DNA of 42,319 bases from sequence record OQ623132.1. The stretch is one strand, 5' to 3'. The translations under genes were made by a program, and so were the position numbers. Shown piece by piece: positions 17,971-26,988 of this stretch (position 1 is the first letter of the stretch; each line of letters starts with the position of its first letter). Under the pieces are notes generated by a model. It worked only from the letters and a program-made list of their open reading frames with translations, was not told where the DNA came from and did not search any database. Source of the stretch: Enterococcus phage Phi_Eg_SY1.

Positions 17971-18219
17971 CTAACTTGTTTGATTGGTGGCAAGCTTATT
18001 AATAATACGTCCCATTGTTTCTACCTGTTGTTGTAGTCCCATAATGATATCATCTTGTGAGACAATATCATTCAGTTCAAAGATAAGTTCATCCATGAGA
18101 ACAGCGTTCCCATGCAATTCCTCTTCTAATACTTTGTTAAACAACTCATTGAGTTCATCTGTCATACCTGTACCATTTTCCAAGTTCTCAATATATTGTT
18201 TTTTGAATTCATCAATCAT
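17971..18219 (-). CDS. hypothetical acidic protein
   Basis: compact spacing within the lysis cassette. Confidence 0.45.
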   Translation of the reverse strand: MIDEFKKQYIENLENGTGMTDELNELFNKVLEEELHGNAVLMDELIFELNDIVSQDDIIMGLQQQVETMGRIINKLATNQTS

Positions 18220-18232
18220 TTGTATTCCTCCT

Positions 18233-20398
18233 TTAGAATAAATCTTGTCCAGAGTACACGCAGGAAATGTTTATCCATGCGCCAGAAGGCAGTGAGCTAT
18301 CTGCTGTAGTACCATAACGACTCACTAGGATAGCACCATCTTTGCGGACTTCTATCAGTATCCTGTTCATTCCAGAACCTTGTTGAATTATTGTTATGTT
18401 GTTCATAGGTCTAGCCCAAACTGGTAACGGTTGGTTTATAGTGTGTTGACCAGCACTCAGTTGGTTTATAGGTTTAAACGCACCTGCTAATTGAACCGTT
18501 CTACCTACCCGCGTGGCTGTAGGCGTATTAGTATATCCAATGACCTCACTGTACCTTTGCCAACCTGACGCAGGGTTTAGCATAGTTGTCTCAACTTTAA
18601 TTAAATCATGAATTTCTAAAGCTGAACTACCTACTGTTACACGTGAATCTGTTAATCGTATACCCGTACTCATATACTCAGCGCCTGTAAATGGATTGCC
18701 AAATTGTTGAAATATTAACGATGAATAGTCTAGGTTAACTTGTGCGTCAATATAATCAAAGTCACCCAAGTGGTCACCTTTATACTTACTCATTTGATGG
18801 TATGAGTTATCAATAATTTGGCGGTAGGTGTTTGTAACCACTCCGTTTTTATCATAATTGGTACGGTCATTGACAATTTTGGAGTCACTCATTTTAATTG
18901 TACCTACAGCCTTACTGTTATCCGCATAAGTCCTTGTGTATGGGTTTAAAATTGTTGCACCCTCAATTTCAACACCAGTTAGTTTTTTAAACATCCCGTT
19001 TTCAGCAATAACATTATCTGCTACAATATTGTTGATAGACATTCCCCAATTCTCCCACGCTGTTCCATTCCATTTTAAAACAGTGGGGTCATTAGGTTTT
19101 TGCCATAGGGTTCCTGTAGTTGGGTTACTTGGAGCTGTAGCACTGATAAAAATTGAGTCTCTACCCGTGTATGAACTAGTTACCACCCAATTTGTATACG
19201 TACCATTTGAAAGCGTATTCCTACTCCTTACCCATAACCACATACCAATTTGAGGTGTTGGACGTGTTGCACTCCACCCTGATGTAGGTTCTACAGAACT
19301 GGTTGTTTGCACATATTCTGATTGAGTACCAGTCACACTGATACCATCTTGACCAAAACGTGCTACTGAATAGGTTGTTTGGTTGGTATTATCTGTAAAT
19401 GTCCACACAATACGCGTCCATAGGTATTGACCTCCTGTTACATTTGGAGGTGTTTGTTGCCAACCTGTGGTTGGTGCTGTTGTTCCTGATGTACCTACAG
19501 CGTAAGTAACAGCAATGGATTTAACCCCGTTACCACTTGAGCCATCTACAGGAATATAGTTCACAGTATAAGCTACTGATGTCGTTCCGTCAGTGTATTC
19601 CCATGTAGTGCGTGTCCATAGGTATTTACCCTTTTCTAATGTTGGGATAGTTGTACTCCATCCAGTAGATGGTTGTGTTGTACTAGACGTACTCACAGCC
19701 CACTCTGTTTTAGTTGATTTTACAGACGCGCCATTTTGTCCAGTTGTTCTCATCCATGTGTACTTACTTGGGTCTGTGCTAGGTTCTTGAACATAGTCAC
19801 TATATTGTCCCATGTACAACGGATATGCGTTCGCAAAATCCTCTGCTGGTGAGGTTGTGAAAATAGTAGCTGTAGAACCTACTTCTAACTTAGCATTTCT
19901 AATTGTCATAGTTACGTCATCTAACGTTGAACTAGTACCATTGAGATCAAATCTAACGTATCCATTGTGGTTCTCTGAGGTATTATTTCCACCTGTTGTA
20001 AATGTAAAAGAATATTTTCCCCAAGAGGTAGACAGGATAATCCCATTTCTAGACTTATGTTGTCCGCTGGCAGAAACAAAAAACATATCACAAGTTCTCT
20101 GTGTAACTACATTGGCTTTTATTTCTACACTGAGTGTGTATTGTGTCAGTGATTTTAAGGTAATAGTTTTAGCCTTTTCGCCGTTTGAGTTACTATCAGG
20201 ATAAACAAAATTTTCAGTAGTTGTGTTATTGCGTACAGATAATTCCTCTCCTTTATATCCAATAAGTAGGTTTTCATTTGGATACGGAATCGTAAATCTA
20301 TCTGTTCCGTCACTACTCCATGCGTAAGCTGTGTGTAAAAATGGATTTTGACCATCTTGTACGTTTGCAATACTTAATGGAATTGATTCTAATGCCAT
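18233..20398 (-). CDS. receptor-binding protein / tail fibre with three ~60-aa tandem repeats
   Basis: position after Tal; repeats TGW...YLWTR x3. Confidence 0.5.
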   Translation of the reverse strand: MALESIPLSIANVQDGQNPFLHTAYAWSSDGTDRFTIPYPNENLLIGYKGEELSVRNNTTTENFVYPDSNSNGEKAKTITLKSLTQYTLSVEIKANVVTQRTCDMFFVSASGQHKSRNGIILSTSWGKYSFTFTTGGNNTSENHNGYVRFDLNGTSSTLDDVTMTIRNAKLEVGSTATIFTTSPAEDFANAYPLYMGQYSDYVQEPSTDPSKYTWMRTTGQNGASVKSTKTEWAVSTSSTTQPSTGWSTTIPTLEKGKYLWTRTTWEYTDGTTSVAYTVNYIPVDGSSGNGVKSIAVTYAVGTSGTTAPTTGWQQTPPNVTGGQYLWTRIVWTFTDNTNQTTYSVARFGQDGISVTGTQSEYVQTTSSVEPTSGWSATRPTPQIGMWLWVRSRNTLSNGTYTNWVVTSSYTGRDSIFISATAPSNPTTGTLWQKPNDPTVLKWNGTAWENWGMSINNIVADNVIAENGMFKKLTGVEIEGATILNPYTRTYADNSKAVGTIKMSDSKIVNDRTNYDKNGVVTNTYRQIIDNSYHQMSKYKGDHLGDFDYIDAQVNLDYSSLIFQQFGNPFTGAEYMSTGIRLTDSRVTVGSSALEIHDLIKVETTMLNPASGWQRYSEVIGYTNTPTATRVGRTVQLAGAFKPINQLSAGQHTINQPLPVWARPMNNITIIQQGSGMNRILIEVRKDGAILVSRYGTTADSSLPSGAWINISCVYSGQDLF

Positions 20399-20410
20399 TG
20401 TTGTACCTCC

Positions 20411-21745
20411 TTAGTAGTCTACAGAGCAGTAATACGTATACACAGTTGATTGACCTGCTGTCACTGTAATCGTTTTTCCTGTCCCTGTCCATGTTGTGTC
20501 TAATGTATTTGAAGCGTCATATCTACGCCATACAAACGATGTAAAATTATTTGTTATATCATCCTTACCCTTCATTACCTTAGCAGTAATGGTTATATTA
20601 CCTTCTCCATTAACAAAGAACTGCTTGGATGGTGTGAGTATAACTTGAGAAGGAACACTGTTGTCAAACTGCTTTGAGAAGTCTGAGGCAATTTGTAGTA
20701 ATTGGGGATCTAGTCCAGAGTATTTTATTCTGAACTCACCTAATGTAATCACTACAGTTGAATCTGCTGTACATCTGTCTACTGTTAAAACCTTACCAGA
20801 TAGATACAACTCGTCTTTCTCATCAACAATATCAATCCTATCGCCTACATTTAAATCAGAAGGTACATTGACTACGTTTACTTCATAATTAAAAGCAGGT
20901 TGACTTTTCTTTTTCAAGTCACTCACTGCCAGTGAAGCCATTTTACCTTTATCTAATGTATCATATGTCACAGCACGTGTAAACAATCCGCCTGTTGTTG
21001 ATAATAGTCTAGACCACTTAGGCGCTTCCTGTGTGTCAATCATGACACCATTTTCTAGTTTGAAACGTCCGTCAGGGTCAATCCATGAAAACCCACTCAA
21101 GGTAATTGGGTTATCTGACCCCTCTGGTGTCCCACCTAACGCACGTATTGCTGTTGTTAACTCATAGATGTTACCTGTAGTTACAATTGAATCAACGTCA
21201 CGTCCTACACGCAGCGTGATATCCTTTTCATCACCCATATCCTCTATAATGTTCATTGTTTTCGTTTTTAACTGCATGTTCTCAAAATCAAAGTCAATGG
21301 TGAACTTAGCACCGCCAAAGTCTGATATGATACTGCGTAAACGCTCTACTGCCGTTGTCTCATTATCATAGTTTAAAGTGCGTGTCTGATTACTAAGGTA
21401 GTTTGCACCTAATGTAAAACCTGTGTCTCTCATGACAATGTTCCAGTAGTATTGAAACGATTGAGGTGACGTGGTTTTAATAGCAGGTACCACATTATTA
21501 AGTAAGTCAAGCGCACCATCTTCACAACTTATCTCACGTGTTCCAGCCAATGGATTGTGTGTGAAGTCCATGATAGTAAGACAGGCGCTATCTCCGTTAT
21601 GTCGTCTATAAATTAGATAATTACCTAACTGCGCCATCTCCTTTACTTTTACAAGTTGTGCTTGTGATTCATTAAAGTGTAATACACCAGTGAACTCAAT
21701 AATGTCATCCGTTTCATAGTTGATTATTTCATGGTCATCTGACAT
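20411..21745 (-). CDS. tail-associated lysin N-terminal domain protein (Tal, prophage tail endopeptidase family)
   Basis: position after Dit; N-terminus resembles the Sipho Tal structural domain. Confidence 0.55.
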   Translation of the reverse strand: MSDDHEIINYETDDIIEFTGVLHFNESQAQLVKVKEMAQLGNYLIYRRHNGDSACLTIMDFTHNPLAGTREISCEDGALDLLNNVVPAIKTTSPQSFQYYWNIVMRDTGFTLGANYLSNQTRTLNYDNETTAVERLRSIISDFGGAKFTIDFDFENMQLKTKTMNIIEDMGDEKDITLRVGRDVDSIVTTGNIYELTTAIRALGGTPEGSDNPITLSGFSWIDPDGRFKLENGVMIDTQEAPKWSRLLSTTGGLFTRAVTYDTLDKGKMASLAVSDLKKKSQPAFNYEVNVVNVPSDLNVGDRIDIVDEKDELYLSGKVLTVDRCTADSTVVITLGEFRIKYSGLDPQLLQIASDFSKQFDNSVPSQVILTPSKQFFVNGEGNITITAKVMKGKDDITNNFTSFVWRRYDASNTLDTTWTGTGKTITVTAGQSTVYTYYCSVDY

Positions 21746-21854
21746 TTTAATGAGTCCTGCTCCATCCGTGGACGCAATTCCTATAGGGTTAAACTCCCTA
21801 TCAGTAAAATAAAATTCTATTTTAAAAACCTCCCTTACAGTTGTTTCTTTATTA

Positions 21855-21863
21855 ATTATACCA
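21855..21863 (-). promoter_or_regulatory. extended -10 promoter TGGTATAAT (minus strand)
   Basis: + strand ATTATACCA; sits immediately after the terminator. Confidence 0.4.
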
Positions 21864-21864
21864 T

Positions 21865-21890
21865 AAAAAAGCCACTCTTTGGCGAGTGGC
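21865..21890 (-). terminator. intrinsic terminator GCCACTC-GCCAAA-GAGTGGC + TTTTTT (minus strand) just after Dit stop
   Basis: read directly. Confidence 0.55.
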
Positions 21891-21899
21891 TAGATGTTA

Positions 21900-24800
21900 T
21901 TATAGATAGGTTCGTTGGTTCTTCACAGTTACTTCTAAAGTGTCTGTAGCCCAATCTGAGTTAATGAACTGTAAGAAATGCTCTCCTACATCAAGGGCAA
22001 ATCCTTCCCACTGGTTACCTATGGTTGCAAGGTCCTCACGTTCTACACCATTTACAAAGAATGTTTTATCATGTGTGTTGATGACAATCTTGTCCCCTGC
22101 TTTAAATGGGTTTTTACTTTCTTTGGATTTACCTGTTCCCATCCATGTGAATCTTGAATCAGTCACCTGCATTGTTGCAACAATAGAGTAGGTTTCTTTC
22201 TTCTTGTGTTCTACACGTTTAGTGTTTTGTAGGTAATATCCACTGACCCAACCTGACGCAGGTATTTTCTTACCTGTGTTCTTAGTTACATAGTACCATT
22301 GATTGTTGTTGATAATCTTTTGACCTGTTTGACGCTTAGTTGTTTCAAAACTTACGCCTTTAGGTAATAGACCGTAGGACTTGTAACTAGTCTTAGAACC
22401 AGCGCGAATGTGTAGGACTTCCTTAGATTTCATTGTCCATGTTACTTTGTCTACAACTTCCCTTGTAGCTAGTGAGTCTTTATATTTAAGTAGCCATCTG
22501 GATGTTTTAACAACAGAAGTTTTATTTGCCACAGGTGCATTGTAGGTAAATGGGTTTTTTGTAACTGGTTTAATTCCGTTGTTTGATTGGATATGTTCAA
22601 AGTTCCAACTGAACTTCTTACCAGTTTGGTCACGGGTCATTGTACAGCGGAACCAAGATGATTTGTACTTCGTTACATCTGTCTTGATTGATTTTAGTAA
22701 CTTGTTACCGTACCAGTATTCAACAATCACTTCGTTGCCTTTTGCGTCAGAGTCACGGATGGTCATAGACATTAAGATGTCATTGGCGTCTGTTAAAACC
22801 ACTAATTCATAACGTCCGTTCTTTTCTGACGTAGTACCAAAGTTTATGCGTTCCTCAAACTTGAAGGCTCCTGTTCGTAAACCTGTGGATGGTGCTTTAA
22901 CAGGTGCTGTGAGGGAAGGTCCTGACCATGTGTTTGGTGCGAATGTTGTTGCCCATTTAGGTTTAAACGCCTCAGAAGGAGTGTAGTCCCATGAACCCAT
23001 ATATAGGTTAGGTCTAGCAGGGTCATTGGCTGTGTTTGGATACTGCGACACATGTCCACTGTTAATGGTGAAGCCAGATGGTAGTTTAGTACCTCTGTAA
23101 CTTTCATTTAAACCAATTTCATCTTTAATTGGCTCTGTGGCGTCTTTGTTTTCTTCGTTACCAAATTGTAGAACCTTACCTTGTTCATTGATAACTCCAA
23201 TCATACCATTTTCTTCTGCGTTAGTAATCTCAAAGATAGGGTAGCTTTTCCACGTTCCATAATTAGTTACGGGGACTGTTTTGAGAAACTCTTTGACTGA
23301 CGCTACATATGCGCCATTGGTCCCACGCGTTAACATAGGTCTGTTAATGACTACGTAGGCATTGCCATATACATTTAGGCTCAATCTGAGAACTTTAGTA
23401 GCTTCATTTTGAATACTATATGTTTGTGTGGTACGCGTCATTGGAATTGTAGACGCGTCTAACCCTGTACCTATAGGGTACCATGTGTATAGTTTACCAC
23501 GTTCTGTAATGTGTGGGATAAATGGTGTCGCATGGTCGTTTTGTTCTAGTTTTAGATTTGTCACGTATATTGTACCTACAAATGACCCATCTATCATTAC
23601 CATTACTTCTACCCTACTCATGGCTTTGTTTGCTGTGGTTCCTATCCCTGTGTAGCGAACAAACTTACCTACAGCGTCAGATGTTATTGCTGCACCTATG
23701 TCTGTGTATGTTCCGTCAAAATACACTAAGCGTACAATTAACTGCGTAGCTCCTAGTTGTCCAGTAAAACCGCTTTTTACTTGTATACTACCTGAAACAG
23801 TATAGGTTGTATTTCTATATGCTGTATAAGGTATAGAAGAATATCCCGCGCGCCCACTTGATGTGGTAGTTTTAGTTAGTTCCGTGTAACCTGGTTTAGG
23901 CGTTGCTGTAATACCTCCGTTTACTCCCCAATACTGCGTACTATTGTCTTGTGAACCGTTTAGGAGAATGTTTGGAGCAGTGTCCTCAGGTACAGTATCT
24001 GTTGTGCTATACCCTACATATTTAGGTGTGGTGTTGTCAATAGTTGGGGTATTTCCATCTGTCCAGACTGTACCCTCATTGTTTGTTGCCTCAATCTTAG
24101 CGCGCCATATAGTAAGATCTGGTAGCTCCCCTGCGGTCGCTGAATAAAATACGAACTGCATTGAGACGTTCCATGTTACATAAGAAGCTGGAAACACTAA
24201 TAATCTACTCTCACCTGCGTAGACGTCAATGCGCTTACCCATATTATTTAACACGTATATTCCTGTGGTACCATTATTTTTAACATAGATACTATGAACG
24301 TAGTTCTGACCGTAGGTGTAATTTACCCCTGACACTGTTAATGTTCCAAAAATTCCGTTTGTGGCTGGATTTTTTGTTACTTTAATGTTTACAGCATTTG
24401 TTGCACCCCACTCTGGTACACTTACACCTGTTGTGCGTGTCATTGTACTACCTGAGTATGGTGTGAGCGTTGGTTCCTCAGATTGTCCACTGGGGATGGC
24501 GTTAGGGTTAGGGTACTCATCAAATGAAAAACGGTCTGAACCTGTTTCATTGAAAGCGTATGCTGTACGTACTTGACCGTTGGCTGGTACTGGAACTGAC
24601 GTAGTATGTGTGTGCAATACTTTGCCATTTATCTTATCAATTTCGTCAACTACAATCTCAAACGTACTTAAACCATCTTCGTCAGTATCATTCTTTTTAA
24701 CAATACCGTAGTCTGTAGCGAATGTAATGTTTTGTCCTTGGGTTAAGTCATCCATTTCATAGAACACATCATCACTCACAAAGTCATGAACAACTGTTTC

Positions 24801-25376
24801 CATTTCCTCAATTTGCTCATCTGAATAATTAAGCGCTAGTACATTAGAACCGTTTCTCTGTGTCTCTAATACCGTAGTATTATCTGACCAGTATGTGTTA
24901 GTTTGAAACTCACTGTCTACAAGAATGTTGGTTGATGTACTCTGTGTATTTCTAAATGGGTCACTTAGAATAGAATGCGCAACACCCTCAGGACATGAAA
25001 ATGTCAACGTTAACGGTGTAATCTCCAAATTGGTTGCGTCATATTCTTGCGTACCCTCAAATACTACGTTAAAGTATCTATCTGGTAAGGCGTCAAATAC
25101 AAGACGCATTGGTTCCCTACTCATGACTTGTGAAACTAGTAAATCTTTTGTTTCGCTTACTGATAAGCCAGTGTGTTCTGTAATCAAGTGTCCGTCAAAT
25201 GTAAGCGTTGTGTTACCCACGCGTGTATATTGTATGTTTTGTCCATCTGAATTACCAACTTGGTAATAGCCACGTTCTACATTCAAGAAAGGGATTGTAA
25301 CTGTACCAACTGTAAACAACTCCCCAATATCTACACCATTTAACGTAAAGTTTCGTAAAAAGACAGGCTGTGCCAT
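21900..25376 (-). CDS. evolved distal tail protein (Dit) with large insertions (1158 aa)
   Basis: N-terminus has a Dit/Sipho_tail-like fold signature; RBS GAGGAGG; size implies inserted carbohydrate-binding modules. Confidence 0.6.
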   Translation of the reverse strand: MAQPVFLRNFTLNGVDIGELFTVGTVTIPFLNVERGYYQVGNSDGQNIQYTRVGNTTLTFDGHLITEHTGLSVSETKDLLVSQVMSREPMRLVFDALPDRYFNVVFEGTQEYDATNLEITPLTLTFSCPEGVAHSILSDPFRNTQSTSTNILVDSEFQTNTYWSDNTTVLETQRNGSNVLALNYSDEQIEEMETVVHDFVSDDVFYEMDDLTQGQNITFATDYGIVKKNDTDEDGLSTFEIVVDEIDKINGKVLHTHTTSVPVPANGQVRTAYAFNETGSDRFSFDEYPNPNAIPSGQSEEPTLTPYSGSTMTRTTGVSVPEWGATNAVNIKVTKNPATNGIFGTLTVSGVNYTYGQNYVHSIYVKNNGTTGIYVLNNMGKRIDVYAGESRLLVFPASYVTWNVSMQFVFYSATAGELPDLTIWRAKIEATNNEGTVWTDGNTPTIDNTTPKYVGYSTTDTVPEDTAPNILLNGSQDNSTQYWGVNGGITATPKPGYTELTKTTTSSGRAGYSSIPYTAYRNTTYTVSGSIQVKSGFTGQLGATQLIVRLVYFDGTYTDIGAAITSDAVGKFVRYTGIGTTANKAMSRVEVMVMIDGSFVGTIYVTNLKLEQNDHATPFIPHITERGKLYTWYPIGTGLDASTIPMTRTTQTYSIQNEATKVLRLSLNVYGNAYVVINRPMLTRGTNGAYVASVKEFLKTVPVTNYGTWKSYPIFEITNAEENGMIGVINEQGKVLQFGNEENKDATEPIKDEIGLNESYRGTKLPSGFTINSGHVSQYPNTANDPARPNLYMGSWDYTPSEAFKPKWATTFAPNTWSGPSLTAPVKAPSTGLRTGAFKFEERINFGTTSEKNGRYELVVLTDANDILMSMTIRDSDAKGNEVIVEYWYGNKLLKSIKTDVTKYKSSWFRCTMTRDQTGKKFSWNFEHIQSNNGIKPVTKNPFTYNAPVANKTSVVKTSRWLLKYKDSLATREVVDKVTWTMKSKEVLHIRAGSKTSYKSYGLLPKGVSFETTKRQTGQKIINNNQWYYVTKNTGKKIPASGWVSGYYLQNTKRVEHKKKETYSIVATMQVTDSRFTWMGTGKSKESKNPFKAGDKIVINTHDKTFFVNGVEREDLATIGNQWEGFALDVGEHFLQFINSDWATDTLEVTVKNQRTYL

Positions 25377-25407
25377 CTTATGACCTCCTCTTATTTGCTC
25401 TCATTCT

Positions 25408-25416
25408 ATTATAACA
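25408..25416 (-). promoter_or_regulatory. extended -10 promoter TGTTATAAT (minus strand) for Dit
   Basis: + strand ATTATAACA; about 20 nt upstream of Dit RBS. Confidence 0.45.
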
Positions 25417-25447
25417 TGGTTTTAATGAAAAAGGTTGATAATACTTG

Positions 25448-25476
25448 TTGACAGTAACACTAATAGATGGTATATT
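25448..25476 (+). promoter_or_regulatory. consensus sigma70 promoter TTGACA-N17-TATATT driving the reverse-oriented moron
   Basis: perfect -35, 17-nt spacer, read directly. Confidence 0.65.
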
Positions 25477-25509
25477 ATATGTGTAATCAATATTAGGGAG
25501 GAAGTACAC

Positions 25510-25917
25510 ATGCGGAAAGAGTTGAAAAAACATATTAATCAAATGAATGCGCAAGAAATTATGACAGTTGTAAATATGGTGGAATCGTCTAAAAAGAACA
25601 TTGACCCTGTTACTCTTGATGTTAGTGGTCACTGTCTTGATATGATGAAAAAGAGATTAGGTGTAGTTAATAAAGATGTGTTACTTGATGTTCTAGCACA
25701 TTATGAGGTGGTTGAGTATAAACAGGTTTTTGATGGACATTATATGATAGATAAACGCGTTGTTTTACGTAGTAGTAAAGCTTATGATAATTATAACTAC
25801 TGTGTCGTTTTTAGTGTTATGAGAAACAGCATTATAACGTATTGGAAAAACAAAACATATAACACACATAAGAATGTTGATTTAACAAAGTACACAACCA
25901 ATATGAAGGTATATTAA
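25510..25917 (+). CDS. moron gene: 136-aa protein, DUF4258-like (toxin-like) fold suspected
   Basis: RBS AGGGAGGAAGTACAC-ATG; opposite strand to the surrounding late genes; motif SGHCLDMMKKRLGV...VVL...IITYW resembles DUF4258 from memory. Confidence 0.55.
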   Translation: MRKELKKHINQMNAQEIMTVVNMVESSKKNIDPVTLDVSGHCLDMMKKRLGVVNKDVLLDVLAHYEVVEYKQVFDGHYMIDKRVVLRSSKAYDNYNYCVVFSVMRNSIITYWKNKTYNTHKNVDLTKYTTNMKVY

Positions 25918-25946
25918 AAGACCCCTAGATAGGGGTCTTTCTTGTT
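25916..25946. terminator. bidirectional terminator AAAAGACCCCTA-GAT-TAGGGGTCTTTCTTGTT
   Basis: 8-bp GC-rich stem; T-tract on + strand, TTTT on minus strand. Confidence 0.65.
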
Positions 25947-26952
25947 ATTCAATATCTTGCTCTAATACCCATGAATTAATAGTACCTAGCAAGTATGCTT
26001 TCTTAGAACGTGACTGATTCACATTCTTAACATCTTTAATTTTGTATGTTGAACCTTTTACAAAACTAGCAATGTTCTCCCCTGTTTGGTATTTAACTGC
26101 GTGTTTTGCTACCTTCACTCTGTCTCCTACCTCGTGGGTTTTATTAGATGAGCTGATTAAGTCTAGGTCCTGTGCTAGGAACCATGAGTTAACACCGTCT
26201 AGCAAGAATGCGTACTTACTCTTAGATTGATTTACAACTTTACGCTCTTTTACTTTGTATTTAGAACCTTTTACAAACTTTGGAATCGTTTGACCTGTTT
26301 GATACTTCACTGCGTGACTACGAACAATCACCGTTGACCCATCTTCAAAAATGCGCGTATCTGAGATAGTTGGTTTAGATGGTTGTGGTTTAGAGCCACT
26401 GTTACTATCATTACCAAATCCGTTTTTGATGTCTTTAGCAAATTGTTCTTTACTAATTCCCCACTTACGCAAGTATGGGTAAGGGTCAACGTGGTCAGAG
26501 CCATTGTTTGGTTGGTGTGCTGTTGCGTACGCGTGAGAGATAACACCTGTGTTACCTTTGTCTAATGTCTTAGGTAGTTTAGCTTCATCACATAGCAGAC
26601 GAATCAACTCAACATATAGTTTATAATCTTTCATAAACTCAGCTTTTGTTTTATGTGACTCAATCAACTCAATTTGAGCATATCCCCATGCGTTCCACCC
26701 ACCTCCTACGTCATAAGCTCCGCGGTTAGTTGGTGCTGTCTGAATAACGCGCCCATTTCCTACTACGTGAGAAAAGAACCCACTTTCTACTGGTCTACGC
26801 ATGTGGTAGTCTGCTTCATTTTGCGCTGTAGATGATGGATTACCTGTGCTGTGAACGTGAATTTGACCATAGGGACGAACGCCTACTTGCGGTAAACCTT
26901 GTCTAATTTGTTTTTCAATTTTCATTCTATATCTCCTCTCTTTATCATACAA
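25945..26952 (-). CDS. N-acetylmuramoyl-L-alanine amidase (amidase_2/PGRP domain) with two C-terminal cell-wall-binding repeats; presumed endolysin
   Basis: amidase_2-like N-terminal domain; tandem ~55-aa repeats HAVKYQTG...FVKGS.YK.K..K.VNQS.SK.A.LL x2. Confidence 0.7.
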   Translation of the reverse strand: MYDKERRYRMKIEKQIRQGLPQVGVRPYGQIHVHSTGNPSSTAQNEADYHMRRPVESGFFSHVVGNGRVIQTAPTNRGAYDVGGGWNAWGYAQIELIESHKTKAEFMKDYKLYVELIRLLCDEAKLPKTLDKGNTGVISHAYATAHQPNNGSDHVDPYPYLRKWGISKEQFAKDIKNGFGNDSNSGSKPQPSKPTISDTRIFEDGSTVIVRSHAVKYQTGQTIPKFVKGSKYKVKERKVVNQSKSKYAFLLDGVNSWFLAQDLDLISSSNKTHEVGDRVKVAKHAVKYQTGENIASFVKGSTYKIKDVKNVNQSRSKKAYLLGTINSWVLEQDIE

Positions 26953-26988
26953 TTATAACATAGAAAAGGAGGCTTGCGCCTCCTTAGC

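Noticed and set aside
18936-20204. Plus-strand ORFs inside the RBP gene (18936..19253, 19593..19790, 19812..20204)
   Set aside because: Antisense artefacts.
25378-25632. Minus-strand 84-aa ORF overlapping the moron promoter and start
   Set aside because: Overlaps the divergent promoters. No RBS. Low-complexity.
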